This document shows, piece by piece, positions 28,886-38,846 of a stretch of 64,000 bases of DNA. Each line of letters opens with the position of its first letter. The first letter of the stretch is position 1. Both the position numbers and the translations under genes were made by a program. The notes beneath the pieces are model-generated. The model saw only the letters and a program-made list of their open reading frames with translations, ran no database searches and had not been told where the DNA came from. The stretch covers positions 129,205-193,204 of the forward strand of contig JBBRPH010000001.1 of NCBI GenBank assembly GCA_038228295.1, given 5' to 3'. This DNA is from Chloroflexia bacterium. Lineage in GTDB: Bacteria > Chloroflexota > Chloroflexia > QHBQ01 > JAICKM01.

Positions 28886-30717
28886 CACGCAGGCAGGGGC
28901 ACGGCGACCACTACCCTGCTGCCGTGGCCGGGCCGGCTTTCAATCGTGAGATGGCCGCCGAGAGCACTGGCGCGTTCGCGCATCCCGATCAGACCGAGAC
29001 CGTGACCTTCTTTGTTGGGCGGACGATTGGGATCGAAACCCTGCCCGTCGTCTTCCACCGTCAACAACAGGCCGGCCGGCGCGCCGGGTTCAGCGGTCTG
29101 CGCCAAGCGCACACGGATGGACCCGGCCTCGGCGTGCTTAATCACATTATGCAGGGCTTCCTGCGTGATACGATAAAGGGCATCTTCGACTTGGGTAGGT
29201 AACGGGCCGAGTTGCGGGTCCACTTCGACCTCAATCTCCAGCGCTAACTGCTCGCTCAGGCTATCGGCGTGGCGGCGTAAGGCCGCACCCAATCCCGACG
29301 CGCCGACCGCTGTGGGCCGCAACTGCGCCAACAGTGCGCGCATTTCGCCCAACGCCTCCCCGGCCGTCGCTTGCAGGCGACTCAGATAGCGGCCCACGCG
29401 CGACGGATCGCGCTCAACCATCGCCTGGGCGGCTTCGGCCATCAGCGTCACCGTGAACAGCGACTGCGTGACCGAATCGTGTAGTTCGCGCGCCAGATGT
29501 TGGCGCTCTTCGAGCGCAGCCACTTGGCGGGCCTCAGCGTAGAGGCGCGAGTTTTCGATTGCCAGCGCCAACTGCTCGCAAATACCGCGCAATGTCGGGT
29601 CGGCCATACGGGCCTCAACCTCGGCCAGAGCAATCGGCCGGGCCACGCTCAGTTCCAGCATCCCCAGCGTTTCAGTCCGCACATAGATCGGGAAGGCGAT
29701 GCGGGTCTCCACGCCGGGTTGCTCGTCGTGCAGCGCGCTATATTTGGTGCCGATCACCGACCAGCGGCCGGAGACCACAGACCATTGGCGACCCACCTGG
29801 AAGGCGCGTGGTCGTCCAGCCAGCAGATCCGGGGTAATCGGCGTGTAGAGATCGGCTTCGCGCTGACCCGGCGGCAGAGCTAGCGTATCGTCAGGCGTGG
29901 GGGCACCGGCGCGGCGCACCACCAGATCCCAACTGCGGGTCAGTGGGTTCCACAGACGCATCGCTACGCTGTCCCAATTCGTCACATCGCAGACGGCGGC
30001 GGCGGCCTGATCCAGCATCGTCGTCAGATCAAGCGAGCGGTTGAGCGCGGTGGCGACGGCGTTAATACCGGCCAGTTCACGGGTGCGCCGTTCCAGGTCG
30101 CGATTGACATTACCGGCGTGGTTGTTCAGAACGTAGAGTTCCTGGCTACGGCGCATCAGATCCTGCGCGGTCTCGCTAACCAACTGCACCAACGCCGCGT
30201 TTTCGATAGCCACCGCGCAAAGGGCGGCAATCGCTTCCAGCAAGCGAGCTTCCTCGCCGGTAAACGGACGCTTGCGACTGTTAGAAATAATACCGATCAG
30301 GCGGTCCCCCACCACCATCGGCACGCCAATCCAGCAATAGTCGCTATCTTCACCCGCCGGCAGGTTGGCTACTATACCCCGTTCGGCGCAAGCAGCGGCG
30401 TAACTGTCTACGCGCAGGGTACGCCGTGTGTGGAGCACTTCGCGGTTAAGGCCGCGAATGATAGGCAGTGTTTGGCCGGGCAATACGGTTTGCACGCCAC
30501 CCTGGAACCAGAGCACCGCGTCTACTGTGCGCCCATTGTTGGCCGAACGCCCGATCCAAAAGTTCGCCGTGTCTAATACGCGCGAACACTGCTCGTAGAT
30601 CGCCCAGTAGAGTTGATCGAGATCCAGCACCGAGTTAATCGTGCAGGCAATCTCGGTCACGATGTCAAAGCCGGTGACGGTCGCCGGTGGGGGATCGATT
30701 GGCGGATCAGTATTCAT
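28885..30717 (-). CDS. Cytoplasmic sensor histidine kinase, GAF-GAF + HisKA_3 + HATPase_c
   Basis: EERQHLARELHDSVTQ H-box; two GAF-like regions; C-terminal ATPase. Confidence 0.85.
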   Translation of the reverse strand: MNTDPPIDPPPATVTGFDIVTEIACTINSVLDLDQLYWAIYEQCSRVLDTANFWIGRSANNGRTVDAVLWFQGGVQTVLPGQTLPIIRGLNREVLHTRRTLRVDSYAAACAERGIVANLPAGEDSDYCWIGVPMVVGDRLIGIISNSRKRPFTGEEARLLEAIAALCAVAIENAALVQLVSETAQDLMRRSQELYVLNNHAGNVNRDLERRTRELAGINAVATALNRSLDLTTMLDQAAAAVCDVTNWDSVAMRLWNPLTRSWDLVVRRAGAPTPDDTLALPPGQREADLYTPITPDLLAGRPRAFQVGRQWSVVSGRWSVIGTKYSALHDEQPGVETRIAFPIYVRTETLGMLELSVARPIALAEVEARMADPTLRGICEQLALAIENSRLYAEARQVAALEERQHLARELHDSVTQSLFTVTLMAEAAQAMVERDPSRVGRYLSRLQATAGEALGEMRALLAQLRPTAVGASGLGAALRRHADSLSEQLALEIEVEVDPQLGPLPTQVEDALYRITQEALHNVIKHAEAGSIRVRLAQTAEPGAPAGLLLTVEDDGQGFDPNRPPNKEGHGLGLIGMRERASALGGHLTIESRPGHGSRVVVAVPLPA

Positions 30718-30849
30718 TAGCGGCTATTATAGCACAGCGGTCGGCAGGGCGTCGGCGGTTCTGCCGGCAAGCAACCGCAGCATTCCTGCCGGCCGTCTAC
30801 GTGTCGAGATCACCTAAGCCCCGTATCCGCGCAGTCGAGATCGGCGTGC

Positions 30850-30879
30850 TTGACCCCAAGCCGCGAAAGGGTGTATAGT
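30850..30879 (+). promoter_or_regulatory. Sigma70-like promoter (TTGACC-18-TATAGT) for fused E1 gene
   Basis: good -35/-10 spacing; about 120 nt leader containing hairpin ccgtctc-actgtg-gagacgg followed by TTTT. Confidence 0.45.
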
Positions 30880-31000
30880 AGCGCTATATGCCTGTCGTCG
30901 GAACCAGCCTGCACCCGTCTCACTGTGGAGACGGTTTTGCCTCAATGTCGCGGCCCCGCTTGTTCCTCTGAGAATCCCGTAACGAACGGAGGATACGTCT

Positions 31001-33265
31001 GTGGTCCATTCTACGATTACGCGCCCGGCGCAATCCGGCGCGACCCCCGATCTGCCCGCCGATAGGCGGCACGGCTATTTTTCTACCCTGGCCGAAACCG
31101 TCTTCCCTTTAAGCGAAACCGATCTCGCCGAGCGGACACAGGGCCGGGCCGAGCTAGAAGGCTTGAGCGTGCAAGATCTGCTGGCCGCGTATGCCTGCAT
31201 GAAGCTGTCACGTGAGATTGACAAGATGGAGACGCTGCTCCACCGCTCCGGTAATCTGTGGTTCAGCATTGCCGGCGCAGGCAAAGAGGCGCTCAACGTG
31301 GCGGTCGGGATGCACCTGCGGGCCGACGACATTAAATTCCCCTACTACCGTGACCATGCGCTGGCCCTGTGGTCGGGTATCACGATGCTCGACCTGCTAC
31401 GCCAGGGCACAGCTTCGCGCTTCGATCCGATGTCGGGCGGACGACAAATGACCAGCCACTTCGGCTCCCGCGAATACAACTACCCGACCGGCAGCACCAT
31501 GACCGGTTCGCAGTGCCTGCCCGCCGCCGGACGCGCCGAGGCACTGAAGCTGGAGCGGGCGCTGGGCACCAAGGTCAGCGACTCCCTGCCCGATACTATT
31601 GTCTACACCTCGTTGGGCGACGGCACCACCTCAGAAGGCGAAGTCGAAGAGGCGATCCGCGATGCGGTCCGCAACATGGTTCCGCTGCTGATCGTGATCG
31701 AAGACGACGAATGGGCCATCTCCACCCCGGTCGAGACCAACGTGCCGGGCGGCGATGTGGGCAAGATGTATCGCCAGTATGAGCACATCGGCCCCAACCA
31801 CCACCTGGAACACATCACGGTAGACGGCACCGACTTTATCGCTACCTACCGAGCGGCGCGCGAAGCGGTAGCTTATCTACGCGCGGCCAAAGGGCCGGTA
31901 TTGTTCCACGCCAAAGTGACCCGCCCGCTCAGCCACTCGTCTGCCGACACCCAGGCGTATTATCGTAGCGCCGCTGATCTAGCCGCCGAGGAAGCGCGCG
32001 ACCCGATCACACGCATGGTGGCCCTGTTGGACGGCTTCGGCTTCGGCGCCGAGCGATTGGCCGAACTGGACAGCCTGATCCTGCGCGAAGTGCGCCAGGC
32101 CGCCAACACCGCCACCGCCGAACCGAAAATCGATCCCGACACCATCTTGAACCATATCACGGCCAGCCCGCTGCTGGTGAGTGTGAGTGATGTCCGACCG
32201 CGCGATGTGCCGCCCCCACCGAGCGCACCCGATGCCGAGCGCATCCCAATGCGCGATATGATCAATCGCGTGCTGATCGAAGAGATGGCACGTAACGACC
32301 GCATCATCGTCTTCGGCCAGGATGTGGCAGATTACCCGCAGCCGGGCGACCACGAGGGGATGAAGGGCAAAGGCGGCGTGTTCCACGTCACGCGCGGCGT
32401 GGGCGCGGCTTACCCAGACCGCGTCTGGAATGCGCCACTGGCCGAGGCCACGATCCTGGGCACCGCGATGGGTTATGCAGCGGGTGGCTGGCTGCCGGTG
32501 ATCGAGATCCAGTTCCGTGACTACATCCACCCCGGCTGGCAGCAGTTGGTAGACGAAATCGCCACGCAGCGCTGGCGCTCCAACGGCACTTTCGCTTGCC
32601 CGATGGTGATCCGCGTGGCCTATGGGGACTACCTGGGCGGCGCGGGCGCGATCTGGCACAGCGAAGCGGCGGTCGGCCCAATTGCCCACTATCCGGGCCT
32701 GCGTGTGGTGGTGCCCGGTACCGCCGCCGATGCCGCCGGCTTGTTGCGCGAAGCAATGGCTTCCGGCGATCCGGTCGTCTTCCTAGAGTGCAAATCGCAG
32801 TATGAAGCACACCCGGCCCGCTCACCCTATCCCGGTGCAGACTACAGGATACCCTTCGGCGTAGCACGCAAGCATCAGGAAGGCGAAGACCTGACCATCG
32901 TGACCTACGGCAATCTGTTGCCGCGCGCCACGGTCGCCGCCCAGCGCCTGGAAGACGAACTGGCCGTCTCCTGCGAGATCCTAGACCTCCGCACTGTGGA
33001 CGCCGGCTATGACCGCAACGCCATCCTGGAGTCGATCCAAAAGACGGGCCGCGTACTGGTGGCTGATGAAGACCGGCCGATGGGCGGCTTCGGCGGCTCA
33101 GTGGTCGCCGATATCGCCACCCAATGGTCGCATCTGCTGAAAAGCCCGATTGGCCGCGTCTGCCCGAAGTTCACGCGCGTCTCCTACGGTCCCGTCGGCG
33201 AAAAGGCGATCATGCCTAGCCCTGACAGCGTGTTTGAAGAAGCCAAGCGCATTCTAGGTCTATAG
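31001..33265 (+). CDS. Thiamine-diphosphate-dependent 2-oxoacid dehydrogenase E1 component, fused alpha-beta subunits
   Basis: N-terminal E1-alpha (TPP-binding GDG...N), C-terminal transketolase-like beta domains; 754 aa. Confidence 0.85.
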   Translation: MVHSTITRPAQSGATPDLPADRRHGYFSTLAETVFPLSETDLAERTQGRAELEGLSVQDLLAAYACMKLSREIDKMETLLHRSGNLWFSIAGAGKEALNVAVGMHLRADDIKFPYYRDHALALWSGITMLDLLRQGTASRFDPMSGGRQMTSHFGSREYNYPTGSTMTGSQCLPAAGRAEALKLERALGTKVSDSLPDTIVYTSLGDGTTSEGEVEEAIRDAVRNMVPLLIVIEDDEWAISTPVETNVPGGDVGKMYRQYEHIGPNHHLEHITVDGTDFIATYRAAREAVAYLRAAKGPVLFHAKVTRPLSHSSADTQAYYRSAADLAAEEARDPITRMVALLDGFGFGAERLAELDSLILREVRQAANTATAEPKIDPDTILNHITASPLLVSVSDVRPRDVPPPPSAPDAERIPMRDMINRVLIEEMARNDRIIVFGQDVADYPQPGDHEGMKGKGGVFHVTRGVGAAYPDRVWNAPLAEATILGTAMGYAAGGWLPVIEIQFRDYIHPGWQQLVDEIATQRWRSNGTFACPMVIRVAYGDYLGGAGAIWHSEAAVGPIAHYPGLRVVVPGTAADAAGLLREAMASGDPVVFLECKSQYEAHPARSPYPGADYRIPFGVARKHQEGEDLTIVTYGNLLPRATVAAQRLEDELAVSCEILDLRTVDAGYDRNAILESIQKTGRVLVADEDRPMGGFGGSVVADIATQWSHLLKSPIGRVCPKFTRVSYGPVGEKAIMPSPDSVFEEAKRILGL

Positions 33266-33273
33266 GCAGCAGA

Positions 33274-33363
33274 CAGCAGGTAGCAGGAGACGATGCAGAG
33301 CGACAGGGCTAGTAGGGTAGCAGGAGATTTGTTGTCTTTGTTGGCTTCTCCTGCTACCTGCTG
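33274..33363 (+). promoter_or_regulatory. Intergenic structured element with alternative hairpins (17-bp stem cagcaggtagcaggaga/tctcctgctacctgctg; second left arm copy at 33317-33328)
   Basis: perfect 17-bp inverted repeat separated by 56 nt; left-arm sequence duplicated inside loop allowing mutually exclusive pairings. Confidence 0.5.
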
Positions 33364-33381
33364 CCTGCTGCCTGATACCTC

Positions 33382-34155
33382 GTGTGGGGAACAACCGTGA
33401 CCATCCCGGCAACGTCCGATGCGCCGCGCGCCACTGTGCTAGTGGTAGATGATGAGCAGACCCTGCGTGATACGCTGGAATACAACCTGCGCCGCGAAGG
33501 CTATCATGCCTTGACCGCCGCCGATGGGCCGAGCGCGCTGGAAGTCGCCCGTCGTGAACGGCCCGACCTGATCATCCTCGACATCATGCTGCCCGGCATG
33601 AGTGGCTTCGAGGTCTGCCGCGCCTTGCGCCGCGATCTCCGCACGCCCATCTTGATGCTGTCGGCGCGCGAAGACGAGATCGACAAAGTGCTGGGCCTCG
33701 AACTGGGCGCGGATGACTACCTGACCAAGCCGTTCGGCCTACGCGAATTGTTGGCCCGCGTCCATGCATTGCTACGGCGCAGCGAAGTCCCTGCCCCGCC
33801 GACTACGGCCGCCGGGGATATAGAGACGGAGCCGGTGGTGCTGCTGGCCGGCGACTTGCGGATCGACCCCGCGCGCCGCACGGTGATGCGCACCGGACAG
33901 TCAATCCCGCTCAAGCCCAAAGAGTTTGACCTGCTGGCGTTCCTAGCCGCACATCCCGGCCAAGTTTTCACTCGAGAGACGCTGCTTGATCGAGTGTGGG
34001 GCTACGACTTTGTCGGCGGCACCCGCACGGTAGATGTCCATATCCGTTGGCTGCGGACTAAGCTGGAGAGCGACCCTGCGAACCCGCTCTGGATCGGCAC
34101 GGTCTACGGCGTAGGCTACCGCTTCAATGCGCCCGAACGCAACGGGCCGGCGTGA
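33382..34155 (+). CDS. OmpR/PhoB-family response regulator
   Basis: receiver domain (LVVDDE...D...K) and winged-helix C-terminus. Confidence 0.9.
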   Translation: MWGTTVTIPATSDAPRATVLVVDDEQTLRDTLEYNLRREGYHALTAADGPSALEVARRERPDLIILDIMLPGMSGFEVCRALRRDLRTPILMLSAREDEIDKVLGLELGADDYLTKPFGLRELLARVHALLRRSEVPAPPTTAAGDIETEPVVLLAGDLRIDPARRTVMRTGQSIPLKPKEFDLLAFLAAHPGQVFTRETLLDRVWGYDFVGGTRTVDVHIRWLRTKLESDPANPLWIGTVYGVGYRFNAPERNGPA

Positions 34156-34158
34156 GCC

Positions 34159-35955
34159 ATGTTGTCACGCACCTGGGTTCGTATCGCGCTCAGTTACATT
34201 ATCTTGGTCCTAGTCACGGCCGGCTTGCTCGCGGTGTTGCTGGGCGATCGAGCCCAACAACAGGCGGAGGAAAGCCTGACCGCCCGCCTAACCGATCAGG
34301 CGCGCGTCATTGCCTATAGCGCCACACCCCTGCTAATCGATCCCGCTACCCCGGTTAGTGCCACGCAAGCCCTGGCGACCGAAATGGCGGCCCGTCTGGA
34401 TACCCGCATCACCTTCATTCGCACCGACGGCCGCGTAATAGCCGACTCGGAAAGCGATCCCTTCACGATGGAGAACCACGCTGGGCGGCCCGAAGTGATA
34501 GGCGCATTAACAAACCCCGGCACCCCCGCCAGCGCGTCACGCCTCAGCGCCACAGTGCATCAGCAACTACGCTATGTTGCCCTGAGTGTCGCCGCGCCGG
34601 GTGGGCAGCCGGTCGGCGTAGTCCGCGTCGCCTATCCCCTGACCATCGTGGATCAGGCACGTACCGAGTTCTGGAGCGATTTAGCCCGTATCGTAGCGCT
34701 AATCAGCCTACCGGCCGCCGTATTAGCCGCTTTGCTGGCCCGCTCGATTGTCGGACCGCTGTCGGAGTTACGGGCCACCGCCTATCGATTGGCCCGCAAC
34801 GATTTGGATGCACGTGCCCCGGTGGGGAGCGGTGAAATCGGTAGCCTCGGCCATGCCTTCAACACCATGGCCGCCCGCCTGAGTCAGACGATCCACGAAC
34901 GTACCAGCGAGCGCAATCGCATCGCGGCGGTGCTGAACTATATGCACGACGGCATTGTGCTAACCGATAGCACGGGCGTGGTAACAGGCATCAATCCCGC
35001 CGCTGCCGCTCTGCTGGCGGTGCGTGCCGAACAGGCAGCCGGCCGCACCGCTATCGAACTGAGCCATAGCCATGAATTACACGCCGCGCTGCACGCCACC
35101 CTAGCGACGGGCAGGAGTCGGCGGCTCGAACTCGATCTCAATACGCGCCGCGTGGCCGCCGTCGTCACCGCCGTACCCGACCCTGATACCGACGGCCCCA
35201 CCGGGATGCTCATGCTGCAAGACGTGACAGATCTACGCCGACTGGAACGCGCCCGGCGCGATTTTGTCGCTAATATCGGTCACGAACTGCGCACCCCGCT
35301 TGCCTCGATTAAACTGCTGGTCGAAACGCTGATGACCGCCGTCCATGACGACCCGGATGCCGCCGCCGGTTTCCTACAACGGATTGATGTCGAACTCGAC
35401 GGCTTGACGCAACTCGTGCGCGAACTGCTGGAACTCTCCAAAATTGAGTCGGGCCAGATTACGCTTAAACTAGCGCCGGTTGCGGTACCGGCGCTACTGG
35501 ACCACGCCGCCACACGGCTGCGCGCCCAAGCGGAACGGGCGGGGCTGACGCTCACCGTAGAGGCCACAGGAGACTTGCCGTGCGTCGCCGCCGACGCGGA
35601 TCGCATTGGGCAAGTGTTGGTCAATTTGCTACACAACGCGATCAAGTTCACCCCGCAGGGCAGCATCCTGCTGACTGCTGCGGCTGAGGCAGACACCGTC
35701 CGCATCGCCGTCACCGATACGGGCATCGGCATCCCGCCCGACGATTTGCCGCGCATCTTCGAGCGTTTCTACAAAGTGGACAAGGCGCGGGCCGGCCACC
35801 GTGGCGGCGAAGGCGGCACCGGCTTGGGCCTCGCCATTGCCAAGCACCTGATCCAAATTCACGGCGGGCACATCTGGGCCGAAAGCCCACGCAGCGGCGG
35901 CACCACGGTCGCCTTCACCCTGCCCACAGCGCAATGCGTGGGCATCGGCGATTGA
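34159..35955 (+). CDS. Sensor histidine kinase (TM-HAMP-PAS-HisKA-HATPase), PhoR/SenX3-like
   Basis: H-box NIGHELRTPL; N,G1,G2 boxes; adjacent to OmpR-type regulator. Confidence 0.9.
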   Translation: MLSRTWVRIALSYIILVLVTAGLLAVLLGDRAQQQAEESLTARLTDQARVIAYSATPLLIDPATPVSATQALATEMAARLDTRITFIRTDGRVIADSESDPFTMENHAGRPEVIGALTNPGTPASASRLSATVHQQLRYVALSVAAPGGQPVGVVRVAYPLTIVDQARTEFWSDLARIVALISLPAAVLAALLARSIVGPLSELRATAYRLARNDLDARAPVGSGEIGSLGHAFNTMAARLSQTIHERTSERNRIAAVLNYMHDGIVLTDSTGVVTGINPAAAALLAVRAEQAAGRTAIELSHSHELHAALHATLATGRSRRLELDLNTRRVAAVVTAVPDPDTDGPTGMLMLQDVTDLRRLERARRDFVANIGHELRTPLASIKLLVETLMTAVHDDPDAAAGFLQRIDVELDGLTQLVRELLELSKIESGQITLKLAPVAVPALLDHAATRLRAQAERAGLTLTVEATGDLPCVAADADRIGQVLVNLLHNAIKFTPQGSILLTAAAEADTVRIAVTDTGIGIPPDDLPRIFERFYKVDKARAGHRGGEGGTGLGLAIAKHLIQIHGGHIWAESPRSGGTTVAFTLPTAQCVGIGD

Positions 35956-36136
35956 AGGGCACGGCAGCCGGAAGAGCGCAGGCTACGCAGGCGTCCGGCC
36001 TGGGTAACCGCAATAAAGGCAGCGGCTGACACGCTCTCCCCCGCCGGGTCGGCCCCAAGCCCTTTCCACGCCGGCCCACTTCTGGTACAATAAGACAAAT
36101 CCGTAATTATGGTAACTTGTTGAGGATGACTGAAAC

Positions 36137-37126
36137 GTGGCAAAGTTCTACTACGGCGGACAGGCGGTTATCGAAGGCGTGATGATGCGCGGGCGGACGC
36201 ACATGGCCGTGGCTGTGCGCGCTGCCGACGGCAGCATTATCGTCCACGATGAAGCATTGCCGGCGGCGATGAACCGCTGGGCGCGCGTGCCGTTGGTGCG
36301 TGGCGTGGCCCTACTCTGGGAAAGCCTAGCGCTGGGGGTGCGGAGCCTGCGCTTTTCGGCGGCGGTTGCGGCGGCCGGAGAAGCCGCCGCCCAGACCGGC
36401 GGCACGGCCGTGCCCCTAGACGCAACTGCGCGTGCCGCGCTGATGAACGAAGCCGGTATAGGCGTGCAGGCGGCGATGGCGACCTCGCTGTTGTTTGGCG
36501 TGGGGCTATTTTTCGTGCTGCCGCTGTTGCTCGTCGGCTGGGCCGACCGCTGGATCGGCTACGCCTGGATCAGCAACCTGCTCGAAGGCGCAATCCGGCT
36601 GGCCCTGTTACTCGGCTATCTGACGGTGATCGGGCGCGTGCCGGAAATCGCGCGCGTGTTCGGCTACCACGGAGCCGAACACAAAAGCATCAACGCCTAC
36701 GAAGCCGGCCTGCCGTTGGTCCCCACCGAGGTGCAGCGCTGCCCAATCATCAACCCGCGCTGCGGCACCACGTTTCTGCTTATCGTAGTGGTGTTGTCCA
36801 CCGGGCTATTTGTGCTGCTGGGCCACCCGCCGCTGATCTTGCGCGTGCTATCGCGCATCGTGTTAGTGCCACTGGTAGCGGCGGGGGCCTACGAGGGCAT
36901 CCGCTGGGCCGCCGACCATTATGCCAATGGCTTGGTGCGCGCCGTTTTAGCGCCCGGTTTGGCCTTGCAACGGCTGACCACACGCCCCCCGAGCGACGAG
37001 ATGGTGCTGGTGGGCTGCGCGGCCCTGGCTCGCGTGTTGGAACGCGACGGAGTGCCGGCTGCCCTCGCCCCCAGTCTCGTCCCACCGCCGAGTAGGGAGC
37101 TAGTACAGCCGCGCACATTATCCTAG
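36137..37126 (+). CDS. DUF1385-family protein
   Basis: N-terminal YGGQAVIEGVMMRG hallmark of DUF1385; internal TM helices. Confidence 0.8.
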   Translation: MAKFYYGGQAVIEGVMMRGRTHMAVAVRAADGSIIVHDEALPAAMNRWARVPLVRGVALLWESLALGVRSLRFSAAVAAAGEAAAQTGGTAVPLDATARAALMNEAGIGVQAAMATSLLFGVGLFFVLPLLLVGWADRWIGYAWISNLLEGAIRLALLLGYLTVIGRVPEIARVFGYHGAEHKSINAYEAGLPLVPTEVQRCPIINPRCGTTFLLIVVVLSTGLFVLLGHPPLILRVLSRIVLVPLVAAGAYEGIRWAADHYANGLVRAVLAPGLALQRLTTRPPSDEMVLVGCAALARVLERDGVPAALAPSLVPPPSRELVQPRTLS

Positions 37127-37189
37127 CGCAACGTAGTCCGTCCCTCGCCGGCGGGAATGGGTCAAGAAGTTAGGGCAAGCGGTAGCTTG

Positions 37190-37218
37190 TTGACCGCCGC
37201 CGGGGTTCAGGGTATAAT
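37190..37218 (+). promoter_or_regulatory. Near-consensus sigma70 promoter TTGACC-17-TATAAT upstream of DUF4388 operon
   Basis: -35 37190-37195, -10 37213-37218. Confidence 0.55.
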
Positions 37219-37272
37219 AGGCAACAGCGATACCCCCACGGCAAGGGGGCCAGCGGAGAGGGTGCGAGCCGC

Positions 37273-38235
37273 ATGGCGCTCGTCGGCAATCTGAGAGACT
37301 TCGGCCTGTCCGATTTTCTCTACTTGGTGGACCGAGGCTATAAGACCGGGATGCTGGTCTTGCAGCGGCCCGGTGATCAGGCACGCCTGTTTTTTCAAAA
37401 CGGCAAACTGGTTTACGCCATCCAGAATGCTACCGAAGATCGCTTGGGTGACTTGCTGTTACGGGCAGGGAAAATCAGTCCGCAGCAGCGTAATTATGCA
37501 GTGCAGTTGCAACAAACCGTCGCCAGTAATAAGCCGCTGGGCCTGATCCTCGTCGAACTGAACTACATTACCCGTGAGGGGATTATTCGCACGGTGCGGA
37601 CGCAGATCGAAGAGACCGTCTATCGCCTATTTTCGTGGACCGAGGGCGATTTCCGCTTTGAGCCGGATGTGAAGCCGCCGCGGGAGAGCGTGACGATCCC
37701 CCTGAGTATTGAAAACGTGATCATGGAAGGCGTGCGGCGCATTGATGAGTGGTCGCGCATTCGCGACCGTATCCCGACGCTGGATGTGATCGTCAAATTC
37801 GCCGACCAGCCGACTGAACGGGCCAAAGGGGTCAACCTGACCCCCGATGAATGGCGCGTCTTCGCCCGTATTAACGGGTTGGACAATATCGCCGCCGTCG
37901 CGCAATTGACCAACCTAAGCGAGTTTGATGTCTGCCGCATCATTTACGGCTTTATCCAGGCCGGTCTGGTCGAAGTAGCACGGAGCCAGGTATTGGTGGC
38001 CCCCGAAGTGCAGTCGCGGGTGCGGGCGCTGGTGGAAGAAAGCGGCGGTAACGTAGAAGCCTTTAACGCGGCGGCGACCGAGAGCCGGCTCTTGGAGGCC
38101 ACCCCCGCCGGCGAAGTAGCGGTCGCGATCGGCACAGCGGCCGGCGGCGTGAGCGGATCGCCGCCGGGTGCGGCCAGTGTCGGGGCGCGACGCGGAGTCA
38201 TCTTCCGCATCATTGATCGCATTCGGCGCATCTAG
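37273..38235 (+). CDS. DUF4388 domain protein
   Basis: N-terminal GNLRDFGLSDFL motif diagnostic of DUF4388. Confidence 0.8.
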   Translation: MALVGNLRDFGLSDFLYLVDRGYKTGMLVLQRPGDQARLFFQNGKLVYAIQNATEDRLGDLLLRAGKISPQQRNYAVQLQQTVASNKPLGLILVELNYITREGIIRTVRTQIEETVYRLFSWTEGDFRFEPDVKPPRESVTIPLSIENVIMEGVRRIDEWSRIRDRIPTLDVIVKFADQPTERAKGVNLTPDEWRVFARINGLDNIAAVAQLTNLSEFDVCRIIYGFIQAGLVEVARSQVLVAPEVQSRVRALVEESGGNVEAFNAAATESRLLEATPAGEVAVAIGTAAGGVSGSPPGAASVGARRGVIFRIIDRIRRI

Positions 38236-38253
38236 TCGGGGAGGCTCTAACGG

Positions 38254-38787
38254 GTGCATACGGTCAAAATGGTCATCACTGGCGCGGTCAATTCCGGTAA
38301 AAGCCAGTTTATTCGTAGCATCAGCGAAATCGAAGTCGTGTCCACCGAGCGTAAGGCGACCGACGAAGAAACGCGCCGGCTGAAAAAAGAGACGACCGTG
38401 GCAATGGACTTCGGGCGCATCGCGGTGGCCGAGGATATTGTGCTGCACCTGTTCGGCACTCCCGGCCAGCGCCGCTTCGACTTTATGTGGGAGATCCTGT
38501 CCGAAGGGATGCTGGGCCTGGTCGTGCTGGTGGACAGCACGCGGCCCGACACGTTCCGCGAAACGTTGCGGATTATCGACTTTTTTAATTCGTATCGGCC
38601 AATGCCCTATGTGGTCGCGGCCAATAAACAAGACGAACCGGATGCCTGGAAGCCCGACGAGGTGCGGTTGGCCTTGCGCCTGCCGCGCGAAATCAAGGTC
38701 ATTCCTTTGGTCGCCCGCGACCGCGAGCAAGTCAAAAACGTACTGTTGGAACTGCTCTATACGATCCTGGCGGTGGCCGAAGAGTAA
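38254..38787 (+). CDS. Small Ras-like GTPase (MglA-like / COG2229 family)
   Basis: P-loop GAVNSGKS, switch II FGTPGQ, NKQD specificity motif; 177 aa. Confidence 0.8.
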   Translation: MHTVKMVITGAVNSGKSQFIRSISEIEVVSTERKATDEETRRLKKETTVAMDFGRIAVAEDIVLHLFGTPGQRRFDFMWEILSEGMLGLVVLVDSTRPDTFRETLRIIDFFNSYRPMPYVVAANKQDEPDAWKPDEVRLALRLPREIKVIPLVARDREQVKNVLLELLYTILAVAEE

Positions 38788-38846
38788 GGTGACGCGGCCC
38801 CCATCAAGCACAGCGCTGCCCCCGACCTGGGGCGAGGAGAAGCAAC

